DNA of 62,985 bases, the filler included, from Klebsormidium nitens (Eukaryota; Plantae; Klebsormidiophyceae): assembly GCA_000708835.1 (NCBI GenBank). It is 7 parts of 7 records of this genome, joined end to end, with 100 filler letters (N's around TTAATTAATTAA, not from the genome) between each part and the next. Parts side by side here need not be neighbours in the genome. Positions count along the whole stretch, not along the records: positions 1 to 20,124 come from DF237908.1; positions 20,225 to 32,647 come from DF238111.1; 5 more parts are not named here. The stretch is one strand, 5' to 3'. Positions 13,201 through 22,699 of this stretch are shown piece by piece. How positions within the stretch are numbered: position 1 is the first letter of the stretch; every line of letters starts with the position of its first letter. The notes under the pieces were generated by a model. It had not been told where the DNA came from. It did not search any database and worked only from the letters and a program-made list of their open reading frames with translations. The position numbers were made by a program, and so were the translations under genes.

Positions 13201-16200
13201 GATTTTTGTAGCAAGGGCCATTTGACGTCATCAGTTGTCTGATTCTCGTTTGCAGAGTCATCTTCGTGGCATCTCTGGCGCCCACGTTCCACGCGCGCGC
13301 GCGCTACGAGATCTACGAGAGCCTGACGCAGACGGCGCGCTTCTTCCAGCTCAAGAAGGACGGCTCCGAGCTGCACGACTTCACGCTTCTCCTCGAGAAG
13401 GTCCACTACCTCATCTCGTACGACGCCGTATACGCGGGCATCAACGGGATCAAGTGAGCGGCGATTTACATGGAGCCTGTTGATTGTTGAGGCGTTGGCA
13501 ATGATCCATTCGAGACGTCAGATCAGCGCTTTCCTTGTTTCCGCATGCAGCACCTTCCTCAAGGTCCTGCGCTGTCCTGAAGCACATACCCACCTTCTCA
13601 TGAGCTCTAAACTTCTTTGTTTTGCTGCCAACAGAGCCGCCTATGGAAACCTCTCCCCGTTTCCCACATCATCTCTTGAAACCCCCACATCCTGAGGTTT
13701 GCACTCGTCAGTATCTGAGTGTAAACAAGAAAGGCCAAGCAATCACACCCTATATCAGCTGTGCACCTCGTATCGCTTCCATAATCCTGCGCATCGTGAA
13801 GAACAGATTCACCTAGTCTCCAGCTCCAAAACCTCCATTTTAACTGTCAATGGAGCCGTGAAACAGGCTGTTGCCCCGTTCCCTGCAGCATCTTCTTCAC
13901 GATCCTACGTATCCTGAAGCAAATACTTACCTATTCTCGAGCTTCAAACCTCTCGTTCTAACTGTTAACGGAGCCGTCAAACAAGCTCTCTCTCCAATAC
14001 CTGCAGCATCTTCTTCATGATCCTGCGCATCCTGAAGCACATGCACTTCCAGCCGCGCATGGGCGTGCTGACGCGCACGCTGGTGGAGGCGGGGCCCGAC
14101 ATCCTTAACTTCTTCATCCTGTGGACCATCGTCTTCGTGGGCTACTCCTTCATGGGCCACCTCGTCTTCGGACGCTCTGTCGACTTCGTGAGCGTCCGCC
14201 CGCTGCTCTACGTCCGAGAAAGATTCAATTCTTCTGAAATGGGTGCCGTGCGTTGAAATCCCTCGAAGGTCTGCTCCTCATCGGAGGCCATATCGACTTC
14301 GTGAGCGTCTGCTCGTTTTTTTGGGTCCGGAGAAGGCGTCCAGTGCTTCGTCCTGTGTCGGGAATGTCAATGATTGAGGGTCTGGAGACGTTTATCTCTG
14401 CTCTGCAAAACCCGGCTCCTATATTAAAGGAACGCAGAGCATCCCTTGAGTATACTCTCCTCATTGGACGCTCCATCAATACCCGGACCATCCACCCGTT
14501 TGTTTGCGTCTGCAGAGATGCTTCCGGTGGTTCTATAGGGTGTCTTGTCTTTGGACGGAAAGGATCAGAGGGTCCGAAGACGTCTTTTTCTGGCCTGCTA
14601 ACCCTGCTGCTGTCTAGAAAATTGCAGAGCATCCTTGGTCATAGTATCCGCATCCGCGCTCGTCGCGGCCGCAGGCTTCTTGTCTCCGAGCTTTTTTTTA
14701 GCCACTATTTGTAAGTGCAGAGGTTGTTTGCAAAAACTTCCAAATTCAGTCAGCTCTTCCCTCACTTTTGCTAGAAATCAAAAGACCTTGACGGTTCCGT
14801 TTGCAAATCTTTCAACTCTGAGCCCTCCCGCTTTCTCCATCGCAGTTCCGCAGCTTGGGATGGTCCATCACATCCTGTTTCCTCTTGATCCTCGGAGACA
14901 CATCGGTAGGTCGCCCTTCATAGAAGCTACCACCACTTCTGCGCTCTTTGCGTGATGCAAAAACGTGTTGGGTTGGCACAAGCAGGAATCCAATCCGCTC
15001 AATGATGTTGAAGTCTTTCCGGATGTCCCTTCTTCCGGCACTGTCATGTTGAGCACTGCCGGTAACCTTGCAGCTAGCCGAGTGTCGCCCTTGTGTTTTC
15101 CTGGACATTTGACAGGCGGCCGGTATCATTGGTGCATCGATCCGACCTGACAAACTGCTTCGTTAATATGCAGTTTGAATACGATCTGATGACGCTTCAA
15201 GGTTGGGAGTTTGGTGCCGGCCAGTTCTTCTTCTGGACCTTCAATTGGTTCATCGTCTTCATTATTATGAACTTCCTGTGAGTACCCTTCACTTAAATCC
15301 TTCTTCTTTTCCCTGACCCTTGATGTCTTGTTGCTTTTGTTGAGATGTGCAATTTCAAAGTCGCTCCAATCAGCGCTCTGAACCTCGGAAGATCAACATC
15401 TCTTTCTCGTTCCGCTCTCCTGATCCCGTTTCGTCTCCTGATTTGTGCTTGGTTATTCCGAGAGCGCCAGCACATGTCAGCCATGAGGGACTCTTCTCGT
15501 CGTCGCTTCGCGTTGGTCCTTAGGCATATGAATTTTTAAGCTTTGGATAGACAGAACCTGTGAAACGCTCAGTAGTGAAGCACGTGGAGGACACGTGGCA
15601 AGTGGACTGGCTGCACTAGCTCCTTCGTCGATTCAGCAAACACTTTACAGTCACTAAAATCACGCTGAAAAGGCGCTGACATTTTGCCATTTTTGTCTGC
15701 AGGATTGCTATCGCAGTCGACGCCTTTGTGGATGTCAAGGTCAGTGCGTCAGTCTGTTTCCAACAATGCGGTGCTAGAAGGGTTACAGCTGGGAAACCTT
15801 TGACGTCGCTGAATCTGGTACAGAACAACTGGATGGTTGACATCTGCTGTTGTTTGCAGTCTGACGCATTTTATCGTTGATCACGGACCAGACAGATTGA
15901 CCACGACGCGCTATGATTTAATACAACGCCGGTCCCGAATTGGTTGCCCCGCCTCATGCAGCACGGCTTCTGCTTCCACTGGTCTCTTTAAGTCCTGAGA
16001 TTGTGTCACATGCACGTGCTTTTTGCTAACCTTTTAAAATGAGGGTCGGAGGACCGGTCCCCCGTGAAGCCGAAGCTCACGGTGTGGCCGTCGCCCACAA
16101 AAGCAGGAGGTCACAACACTCTGCCACGACATATAGCTAATTGTGCTGGTCTTTCTTTCGCCAGTTTGCCTTTTGGGGGGACGCGCTCTGATGCAGACAC

Positions 16201-19200
16201 TCCTGAAAGAATGGCACTGATGAGAAACCGGGGGGCTGGTCGTGTTTGCAGGAGAAGACCGAGAGCGCCCCAACGATGCCGGAAGAACTGGCCGAGTACG
16301 CGTACTGGTACGTTCAGTCGATCGTCAAGAAGCGGCTCTCGCAGAAGAAGTTGCTCAAGCAGCTCAAGGTCTGGCGGCAGAAGGCGCGCCTCACGACCAA
16401 AGCCGGCGACAGAAAGGTGAGCGGCCGGCCTGGTGCGGTCCCCCCGACAGGGGAACCTTGTTTCTCCGGGACTGTGACAGTCAGGAAACAACAACCGCTG
16501 TTCATATGTTGACAGTTTTCGCTACTTTGAGCGACACTGTTTGCTGCTCTCAGTCAGGTCTGCAACGGCCATACCTTGTCTGAAGTGAAAACCCTCTGGT
16601 GGTTAATCCAACATCGGCTCGTTGCTCCATGGTTACGTCTGTTTTTATTTGGGACATATTGTTTGCCGCTGGTCAACTTCCGGACACTGGGAAGAGAAGG
16701 TAGCGCTTCCAGGTCTGTCGCTCTTCGCATGCTGCCCACTTACAAGGAGAGAATCTTCATAAGAGCCCGAGTTTCTTTTGTTGCCTGAAATGTTCGTCAC
16801 CTTCCGGACGTCCTTCCGCTGTTTCAAGTGCAGGACACTCCTCAAGAACAAAAGCCACTCACGTCCTGTATAATTGAAGTTCCTGCTGGTCACTCCGGTC
16901 TCAAAAGCCAACAACCTGTTCAGCATTACCTTTGGTGCAAATGCAAGGATTTTGACACTGACAAGAGGCTCCAATACCGTCAGCCGATCTGGCGTCAAAG
17001 CCTCACCAACTGCTTGCAGGGTATGGACGTTGACACTCACGACGAGGAGGAGGCAAAGGACGAGAGCGAGCTGGTGCTCAAGCTAGGCGGCAAGAACATC
17101 GACGGCGAGTCGCTCCAGAGCATCTTCGAGAGACGGTGCCAGGTGACGGTGCTTGACTGGTTCGAAACTCGAATTTTCTCTTGAAAGCCGTAGTCAGAAG
17201 CAGTTCAGTCCTTCTTGGGGCTGACCTCACACAGAACCGATACAAAGAAAGATTGCGTGTCCGCTCTGTAAGCATCCAAGGTGCCCAGATGAAGAGCTTA
17301 TTGGGGTGTGAGGCAACCGCCCGTCGCGGCTTTCCTATCCAGCTACACGTTTTTGTAACGTGTGATTAGACACAATTACGGGTTTCGCAGTCCACCTGAT
17401 GCGGTTGGTGTAGAAGAACCAAAACGAGGCCTGAGCTTCGCTCCTTGGTGGGCCGATTCCTCCTAAACCTTCCTTGCTTTTGCCCAACCCTTCCTTTCCC
17501 GGTGCTAGGAGAATTAGACTCGAAAGTCAAGCGTCCGGTCTTGGCAGGACCAAGACTACCCGTCTGATACTCCTCCTCAAACTTGGGAAAGCTTATTCTG
17601 CCCTCAAAACCAAACTGTGCTTTGGCAGGACCACGACGACCCGGCAGGCCGGCCGGAGCGAATCGCAAGGCAGATTCTGGTCGAGTACGGGGACCACGTG
17701 AAGAAGCAGGTCAAGCATGCCAAGAAGCCCAAGAAGAACGCGGGGCTTTTGGAACTTACGGTGAGGGCCGCATAACGCCGCTTCTCACTTAAAGGTTTCC
17801 TTTGTGGTCAAAGAGAGTAAACCTAAAAAGGTGTATGTTCAAGGGTTGGACTTTTCAGAGGATTCAGCCTCAGGGCTTTCGAGTGTCAGACAAGCCAGAA
17901 CAGATTTGCGGAACGTCTTGATCCGTGACGCTGCTGGGTGGAAGGGTCTTCCACAAGGATTGAGAGGAAACGATGATTCTTCAGGCACCCTGTAGTCTTG
18001 GGATTCTCACGGGCTGAAGCAAAAGTGACAATGCCGGGCCATGCGTTAGATGCAAGTGCGGATGGGCTGCCATGGTGACGGGAAGCCTGAACATGAGCGA
18101 AAAAAAACTCCAGATACGAAGGCTCTGCTGCGTTTTAGGGCTTAAGATCCCAGAAGGCATGGCAGAATTGAAGGAAGTAAAGCCCGACGAAAGGCAGCTC
18201 AGGGTACTTGAAGGTTCCTTGGTATTGGAGGCGGTATCAAATTGGGGATTGGTTCAGCAGTCTAGACGGGCAGAATGAGAGTCTAGACGGGCAAAATGAG
18301 AGTCCTTGAAGGCTTCGAAAATTTCCATCTAAACTTCAAGCTTGTCTCTTTCTGAGCTGGGTCCGTTTGCTGTACTCCCGTCTGCATCTTGGAACTCCGG
18401 AAATTTAAGCTAGTGCGATTGTCACGAAACGGGTTCCCGCTCTGCAAACAGGACGACGCTAACAACATGGCCGAGGACGTTTAATAGTCTTATACCTCGC
18501 TTTCATGACTGTCCCTCGGACATCCTCCTGCCTAACCCCGGTTCCTTCCGCAGTGTCAAACTGCGTGTGATTTGAGTTCATGTAGAAGTCGTTAGATTAT
18601 GCGATTCTGCAGAGCACTTGTCAGTCTGGATCGCCGTCCGCGAAGGAAACCGACCGTCGGAAAGGGCAAGGCTTCTGCAATATTGCGCAGGGAGGGAACG
18701 CTGCCGCTTTTGCAGACAGTCCTTCGTTTCAAACTGCAGTACTCCCTGCTTAGTCGCAGCTTTTCGGACAAGACGCCGTCAGCAGACTGTTGCTGCGGTC
18801 GTCTCAATTCAAAAGCTGTTCTGCAGACACCAAGGCGCTTGCGCATGAAGCAGACAGTGCGGTCTAGAAAGCTTCAACCATCTTACCATTGAATCAATCA
18901 AGAGGACTTACCTCTGATTTTTAAAACCGAACGGTACGGAACTCGCGGGATGACCGGTCCTTTTCGGACAGGGCGCCGTCCGCAACTTGGATCTGCGCAT
19001 GCGCCACATGGGGGACCGGTTGGATGCTATCCACAGCGACTTGGCCGCCGGGAGGCTCGGGCGGAGCGTCATTCCTGAGGGGCGCGAGGATAAAGACGAT
19101 GATGGCATGGATGACGGAGTCGGTGAGCCTCAGGAGTTTGGGGTTCCAAGGTTTCGGAGTCTCAGGTTTGTGCAGTGCAATTTCAGGTTTCTCAGGCTTC

Positions 19201-19664
19201 GGGGTTTTTGAAGTCCGGGTTAAGGCTCGGAAGTCACCGAGTTTGAAGCTTTTGGGAGTTAGGAACGAGGGCCGCGGGGAGAAGGAAAATAAAGACATGG
19301 ACGACCGAGGAGGCGGTGGGTATAGTTTTGAAGCTTCAGGATTCGGAAGTTTCAAGATTTTGGACATTCCGGATCCTGAAGGTCAGGGTTCTGACGATTT
19401 CGTAGGCTCGCGAGGAAAGGGACAAGAGCACGGAACGACGGACGGGTTATGTCTTCAATGGACAGTACTTCCTTCCTCGGTGCATTCTCGCTAAAAGTCT
19501 GACTTCCGTTATCAGGATCACAACCGATCACCTGTTTCAGATGAGGCTTCCAATTCAGCGATTGCTGATGCCAGACGACGTGTCGTGCAGAGGGTTCGGA
19601 CGGCACTGACTGCGATTACGCTGGCCCAACCACGCAAAGGAACCAGCTCTTCGAGAAGCAGTAG
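996..19664 (+). CDS. PKD2: Polycystin-2 (TRPP) cation channel, green-algal type with large extracellular S1-S2 region; 27 predicted exons, about 1476 aa
   Basis: Manual splicing: 996-1225, 2449-2635, 3458-3726, 4218-4443, 4873-5019, 5472-5538, 6066-6472, 6959-7163, 7535-7642, 8009-8179, 8691-8825, 9222-9452, 9841-9970, 10229-10291, 10982-11310, 11911-12008, 12233-12435, 13256-13453, 14007-14187, 14846-14905, 15174-15277, 15703-15739, 16252-16416, 17020-17142, 17629-17760, 18972-19122, 19591-19664. Total 4431 nt, all phases compatible, no internal stop. Motifs: S1 (HYCNLLSFLVFTALYMTVLYMQ), TOP domain (NRIIGGLYMRQKR, PFGVDPVF, LVTYN), S2/S3 (YFAKAWNYIDL), S4-S5 (LRILKHMHFQPRMGVLTRTL), pore (SITSCFLLILGD), S6 (FIIMNFLIAIAVDAF). 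Confidence 0.9.
2449..2635 (+). CDS. PKD2: PKD2-like exon 2 (S1 helix)
   Basis: CTCGCAG| QDRSVVSSVYDIIKEAKQRQTHYCNLLSFLVFTALYMTVLYMQQNS...LPE |GTGCGA. Confidence 0.88.
3458..3726 (+). CDS. PKD2: PKD2-like exon 3 (CGDGVC cysteine-rich repeat)
   Basis: CTTCAG| GSSFTY...IWADPVCGDGVCDRPIEFNGFGRFGCTPDCG...HLC TG|GTAAGC. Confidence 0.88.
4218..4443 (+). CDS. PKD2: PKD2-like exon 4
   Basis: CCCGCAG|G FDTNQKF...LPNGTWEVRL...WGTCKP...RCRS |GTAAGT. Confidence 0.85.
4873..5019 (+). CDS. PKD2: PKD2-like exon 5 (Cys-rich)
   Basis: CTGCAG| ICAKSVGCAVDAC...NLNCLQ |GTGAGA. Confidence 0.8.
5472..5538 (+). CDS. PKD2: PKD2-like exon 6
   Basis: ATCCAG| IVSLANSSNHDSFLRTSGNTCT C|GTAAGT; phase fits both neighbours. 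Confidence 0.72.
6066..6472 (+). CDS. PKD2: PKD2-like exon 7 (contains RRRL and RRLS motifs)
   Basis: TGGCAG|TC DPIYVAANL...GGRRRLTTSGRRLSQ...DVDALH |GTGAGG. Confidence 0.82.
6959..7163 (+). CDS. PKD2: PKD2-like exon 8
   Basis: GTGCAG| AVLERRYG...LEVNNCNR G|GTGAGC. Confidence 0.8.
7535..7642 (+). CDS. PKD2: PKD2-like exon 9 (cupredoxin-like N-half), GC donor
   Basis: TTGCAG|TC NVVLPWK...ITAGDSIQFVWADALPHAVQ G|GCAAGC. The GC donor gives the phase 1 needed by exon 10; the GT at 7690 does not. Confidence 0.72.
8009..8179 (+). CDS. PKD2: PKD2-like exon 10, GC donor
   Basis: TTCTGCAG|GC LNMQDSADIF...GRRIISTDSICSP...VLKA G|GCGAGG. Confidence 0.72.
8691..8825 (+). CDS. PKD2: PKD2-like exon 11 (cupredoxin-like C-half)
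   Basis: CTTGCAG|CT QTATSAFSVAQVFTEPGVYQYQDARYGSSMSGTVYVTPADGGLP C|GTAAGT. Confidence 0.8.
9222..9452 (+). CDS. PKD2: PKD2-like exon 12 (Lin12/Notch repeat, LNR)
   Basis: ACGCAG|GC TVTPEDQRECAPGCAVRLLNNGRCGASRGCNSVVCAFDGGDCSC...DAG G|GTGCGT. Confidence 0.87.
9841..9970 (+). CDS. PKD2: PKD2-like exon 13
   Basis: CCTGCAG|AG CCQAEAIG...TRYATNHN AG|GTGCAC. Confidence 0.82.
10229..10291 (+). CDS. PKD2: PKD2-like exon 14 (TOP domain)
   Basis: TCTGCAG|G IIGGLYMRQKRFGGELCNDK CG|GTAAAC. Confidence 0.85.
10982..11310 (+). CDS. PKD2: PKD2-like exon 15 (TOP domain)
   Basis: ACGCAG|A FLSLFQYC...PFGVDPVF...LVDGLFLDNATDTLLLHLVTYN G|GTGAGC. Confidence 0.9.
11911..12008 (+). CDS. PKD2: PKD2-like exon 16
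   Basis: TTCCAG|GC DSHFFVSTEVRLTFQRAGKIAVNTNINGVNVQ |GTCAGG. Confidence 0.87.
12233..12435 (+). CDS. PKD2: PKD2-like exon 17 (S2-S3)
   Basis: GTGCAG| PYRRPVDYFLACLEII...YFAKAWNYIDLASL...VVM AG|GTGAGC. Confidence 0.9.
12583..12722 (+). repeat. Intronic tandem duplication, about 71-bp unit x2
   Basis: CTGACTCT..CGTATC.CGATGATGCACTTTGGGAT...AAACCAGC.ACGTTC begins at 12583 and again at 12654. Confidence 0.85.
13256..13453 (+). CDS. PKD2: PKD2-like exon 18 (S3-S4 linker)
   Basis: TTGCAG|A VIFVASLAPTF...YAGINGI AA|GTGAGC. Confidence 0.88.
13500..14050 (+). repeat. Degenerate tandem copies (period about 110-118 bp) of the exon-19 acceptor junction
   Basis: GCAG|CATCTTCTTCA.GATCCT.CG.ATCCTGAAGCA-like junctions at 13550, about 13660, about 13770 and 13888, plus the real one at 14006. 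Confidence 0.7.
14007..14187 (+). CDS. PKD2: PKD2-like exon 19 (S4-S5)
   Basis: CCTGCAG|C IFFMILRILKHMHFQPRMGVLTRTL...GHLVFGRSVDF |GTGAGC. Confidence 0.9.
14846..14905 (+). CDS. PKD2: PKD2-like exon 20 (pore helix and filter)
   Basis: ATCGCAG| FRSLGWSITSCFLLILGDTS |GTAGGT. Confidence 0.88.
15174..15277 (+). CDS. PKD2: PKD2-like exon 21 (S6)
   Basis: ATGCAG| FEYDLM...FFFWTFNWFIVFIIMNF CT|GTGAGT. Confidence 0.88.
15703..15739 (+). CDS. PKD2: PKD2-like exon 22 (end of S6)
   Basis: TCTGCAG|G IAIAVDAFVDVK |GTCAGT. Confidence 0.87.
16252..16416 (+). CDS. PKD2: PKD2-like exon 23 (C-terminal tail)
   Basis: TTTGCAG| EKTESAPTMPEEL...KAGDRK |GTGAGC. Confidence 0.85.
17020..17142 (+). CDS. PKD2: PKD2-like exon 24
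   Basis: TTGCAG| GMDVDTHDEEE...IFERRCQ |GTGACG. Confidence 0.78.
17629..17760 (+). CDS. PKD2: PKD2-like exon 25
   Basis: TGGCAG| DHDDPAGRPERIARQIL...GLLELT |GTGAGG. Confidence 0.78.
18972..19122 (+). CDS. PKD2: PKD2-like exon 26 (possible coiled coil)
   Basis: GGACAG| GAVRNLDLRMRHMGDRLDAIHSDL...DDGV G|GTGAGC. Confidence 0.72.
19591..19664 (+). CDS. PKD2: PKD2-like putative last exon 27
   Basis: GTGCAG|AG GSDGTDC...LFEKQ TAG TAA; phase 1 fits exon 26. Other endings are possible (read-through to the stop at 19211). Confidence 0.5.
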
Positions 19665-20123
19665 TAACTTAAAGGTCGGTCAAGGTTTGAGGAAAAAGGA
19701 GCAAGTCTGACACGGCAATATGTACAGGTATCAAGCAAAGTGCTCTGAGCGTTGGAGTCTCCGTGCCGGGATTTTTTAACAAGATTTTGTAAGATATAAA
19801 GTGACAGGATATTACAAGCTGGAAAGAGTTGAATCGATACGGCGAGTAGCTCATACTATCTATGAGGGGGCGGACGGTGACTCTATTGGCAAGTGACCAG
19901 CTACGAGTAAGATGGTAGGCAAGCAGGCCTGCCCGTTTTGCCCCGTCGAAGTCTCATAAGTATAAACCTGCTGAGCAAATGTATAGCCGAAAAGCTTACC
20001 TTTTGCGTCTTAAAGGGTCATAGAGGCGAGCGCGCAGCGGCTGATTGCAGCATTGTCACGCTGTGTGGCCTCGTTGCCGTGACGGCTCGGATACACGTGG
20101 CAATTGTGCCTCATGCTAGTTGT

Positions 20124-20224
20124 ANNNNNNNNNNNNNNNNNNNNNNNNNNNNNNNNNNNNNNNNNNNNTTAATTAATTAANNNNNNNNNNNNNNNNNNNN
20201 NNNNNNNNNNNNNNNNNNNNNNNN
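20124..20224. other. Assembly gap with artificial six-frame stop linker TTAATTAATTAA (also at 32692, 41850, 49825, 51997, 60531)
   Basis: Identical 12-mer centred in about 100 bp of N padding each time; not biological sequence. Confidence 0.95.
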
Positions 20225-20699
20225 TTGAGAACTATTTGTAGTCAACTGCATACCACGGAAACACAGGAACACATGGTTTCAAATGCTGGCAACTCCATTG
20301 CCTCTATATGAGCTGATTCAAGCATTTCGATTCTGGCAGGACTTTTATTATTTTGCTTCCTAAACGGCCACAACCTGTACTTTGAAACACTGTTCGTCCC
20401 TGAGTAAACCGCGATCGAAAGGTACTCAAGAACTTTCGAACAATGTTTGTATCCAATATCTTTACAATTAGGCACGACCTTCAGCACTTTTACTTGCTTC
20501 TGGTTCTTATGTGCCTAAGATAATCTGTACATTGCACCCCGTTGCCGTTATAAGGAAAAGTTTAGTCACCCAAGTTTTAATCTACTTTGCAGTGAGTATT
20601 TTGTGGCAGATGATGAGCACTTTGAACCGCTCAGCCCTCCAGGCGCTCTGAAAAGCTGTTAGGTTGTCTTCGGATTTGTCATAATGCAGAATTGGGGCT

Positions 20700-22665
20700 T
20701 TTTCACCACCTCCTCTTCCCGCATCGTAAGGACAACCCAGTCCGACTCACCGGACGACTTTCACGAACGCCGTCTGTGCCTCATCGAGTGAGGGTTTCCC
20801 AAAGATTGTCGGCCACTCACTCTTTGACCTGCACGTTGCCTCGTTTTCGCCCGCTCTTCCTCCGTCTCCTCTCAACCTCTGCGACCGCCTTACCCGCCCG
20901 ATCCACCCCTCTTTTTTTCTGGCCCCCTTTGCTGTGCCTTTGCCCGGCGTTCTTTTTCTTCTTCTTCTTTCGCTCGTTTCGTAAACCGACGCAAAAAAAT
21001 TCTAGCCTTGCTTGTCTTCGCTCCCTATCCGCTTCCGCCTCCGATCTGCTTCCGCTCGACGCGCTTCGCGCTAATCTTTCTCGGCATTTCGTCTCCGCTC
21101 TTCTTCCGCCCTCTTTCTCCGCCCGACGCGCTGCTCGCTTTTCTTTCTCCGCCAGCCTCCGATCTTCTTCCGCCTTCCACCTCTGATCTTCCTCCGCCCG
21201 GCGCGCTTCTTGCTTCTCCACCTTCCGCCTTCGCTTTTCCTCCGCAAGTTCTCTCGCTTTTTCTTCCGCCTTCAGCTTCCGTTCTTCTTCTGCCCTCCCC
21301 CGCTTCTGCACTTCTTTCCCTCTCGACGCTTTTTCTTCTCCCACCCGATGTGTGCTTCGTTCATTCGACTTGTCTCGCCGTCCCCCGGGCCCTTCGAATC
21401 CCCCTGTGCCGCCCGCACACGAACCNNNNNNNNNNNNNNNNNNNNNNNNNNNNNNNNNNNNNNNNNNNNNNNNNNNNNNNNNNNNNNNNNNNNNNNNNNN
21501 NNNNNNNNNNNNNNNNNNNNNNNNNNNNNNNNNNNNNNNNNNNNNNNNNNNNNNNNNNNNNNNNNNNNNNNNNNNNNNNNNNNNNNNNNNNNNNNNNNNN
21601 NNNNNNNNNNNNNNNNNNNNNNNNNNNNNNNNNNNNNNNNNNNNNNNNNNNNNNNNNNNNNNNNNNNNNNNNNNNNNNNNNNNNNNNNNNNNNNNNNNNN
21701 NNNNNNNNNNNNNNNNNNNNNNNNNNNNNNNNNNNNNNNNNNNNNNNNNNNNNNNNNNNNNNNNNNNNNNNNNNNNNNNNNNNNNNNNNNNNNNNNNNNN
21801 NNNNNNNNNNNNNNNNNNNNNNNNNNNNNNNNNNNNNNNNNNNNNNNNNNNNNNNNNNNNNNNNNNNNNNNNNNNNNNNNNNNNNNNNNNNNNNNNNNNN
21901 NNNNNNNNNNNNNNNNNNNNNNNNNNNNNNNNNAGGTGCGCCCGTCAATCTCTTGGACATCGTTGTCCACCTCTTCAGCATGCGCCCCCCACTCTGGATC
22001 GACCCCCCCCTCGCCTCGCGACCCCCCCGCTGCATCGCGCCCCGCGACATCACCCAAATCCCCGGCGGCCCACCCTACAGTCCATTCTCGTGCTTGATCC
22101 GCGCCGAGGATTACGATGAGCATCGTCTTTCTCTCCCTCCAGCCACGCCGTCCCCCGAAACAGGTTATTCGCCTTGGACCCGTCCCCCAGGTCGCCTTGC
22201 CCCTAGTCTGAATCGAGCAGCTGCAGAGTGATGCCGCGCTCAGGATGCCACTCTCAATCGATCTCCCAGTCGAGGGCAGGACTGTCACCCGGAGGGTCCG
22301 TTCCCTCCGGGTTGTTGATCAGCTTCCACAGATGCCCCAGTCCCTTAATGCACCACCGCACTGCGTCTTAAAGCACCGGGAGTAGCGACGAGGCAGAGCG
22401 CAATGTCTCGGATAGACCGCAACTCCCACAAGAGCTCTTGGAAGGCGCGGGGTCGGCAGAAGTAGGGGGGGCCGGTGGCAACCACCCAGGGATGGGCAGA
22501 TACTTCCCCGCTGGTCTTATCGGCCGCAATCTCGACGGTGGCCGCGCTGAACTCCGCAATGAGCTCCGTGGAGACTGCTGCAATAGCCTCCACCGTCCTA
22601 ATGACTTGGACGATGTGAGCGATAGCAGGACTGCAAGTGGGACCGATAACAGGCTCATGATTCAA
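20700..22665 (-). other. Possible decayed gene of unknown function (K/E/R-rich low-complexity frame plus short protein-like frames), split by a gap
   Basis: ORF 20817-21344 is K/E/R-rich, ORF 22345-22665 is protein-like, and a GTGAGT donor lies near 20750 on the minus strand. No family recognised. Confidence 0.2.
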
Positions 22666-22699
22666 AGAAGTCAGGGTTTAATCAAAACCTGATTTTGCT

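Noticed and set aside
20169-20180. Recurrent TTAATTAATTAA palindrome
   Set aside because: Artificial six-frame stop linker centred in N padding; not biological.
21008-22288. Long ORFs spanning N runs (also 36721-37381 and others)
   Set aside because: Artefacts of translating through assembly gaps.
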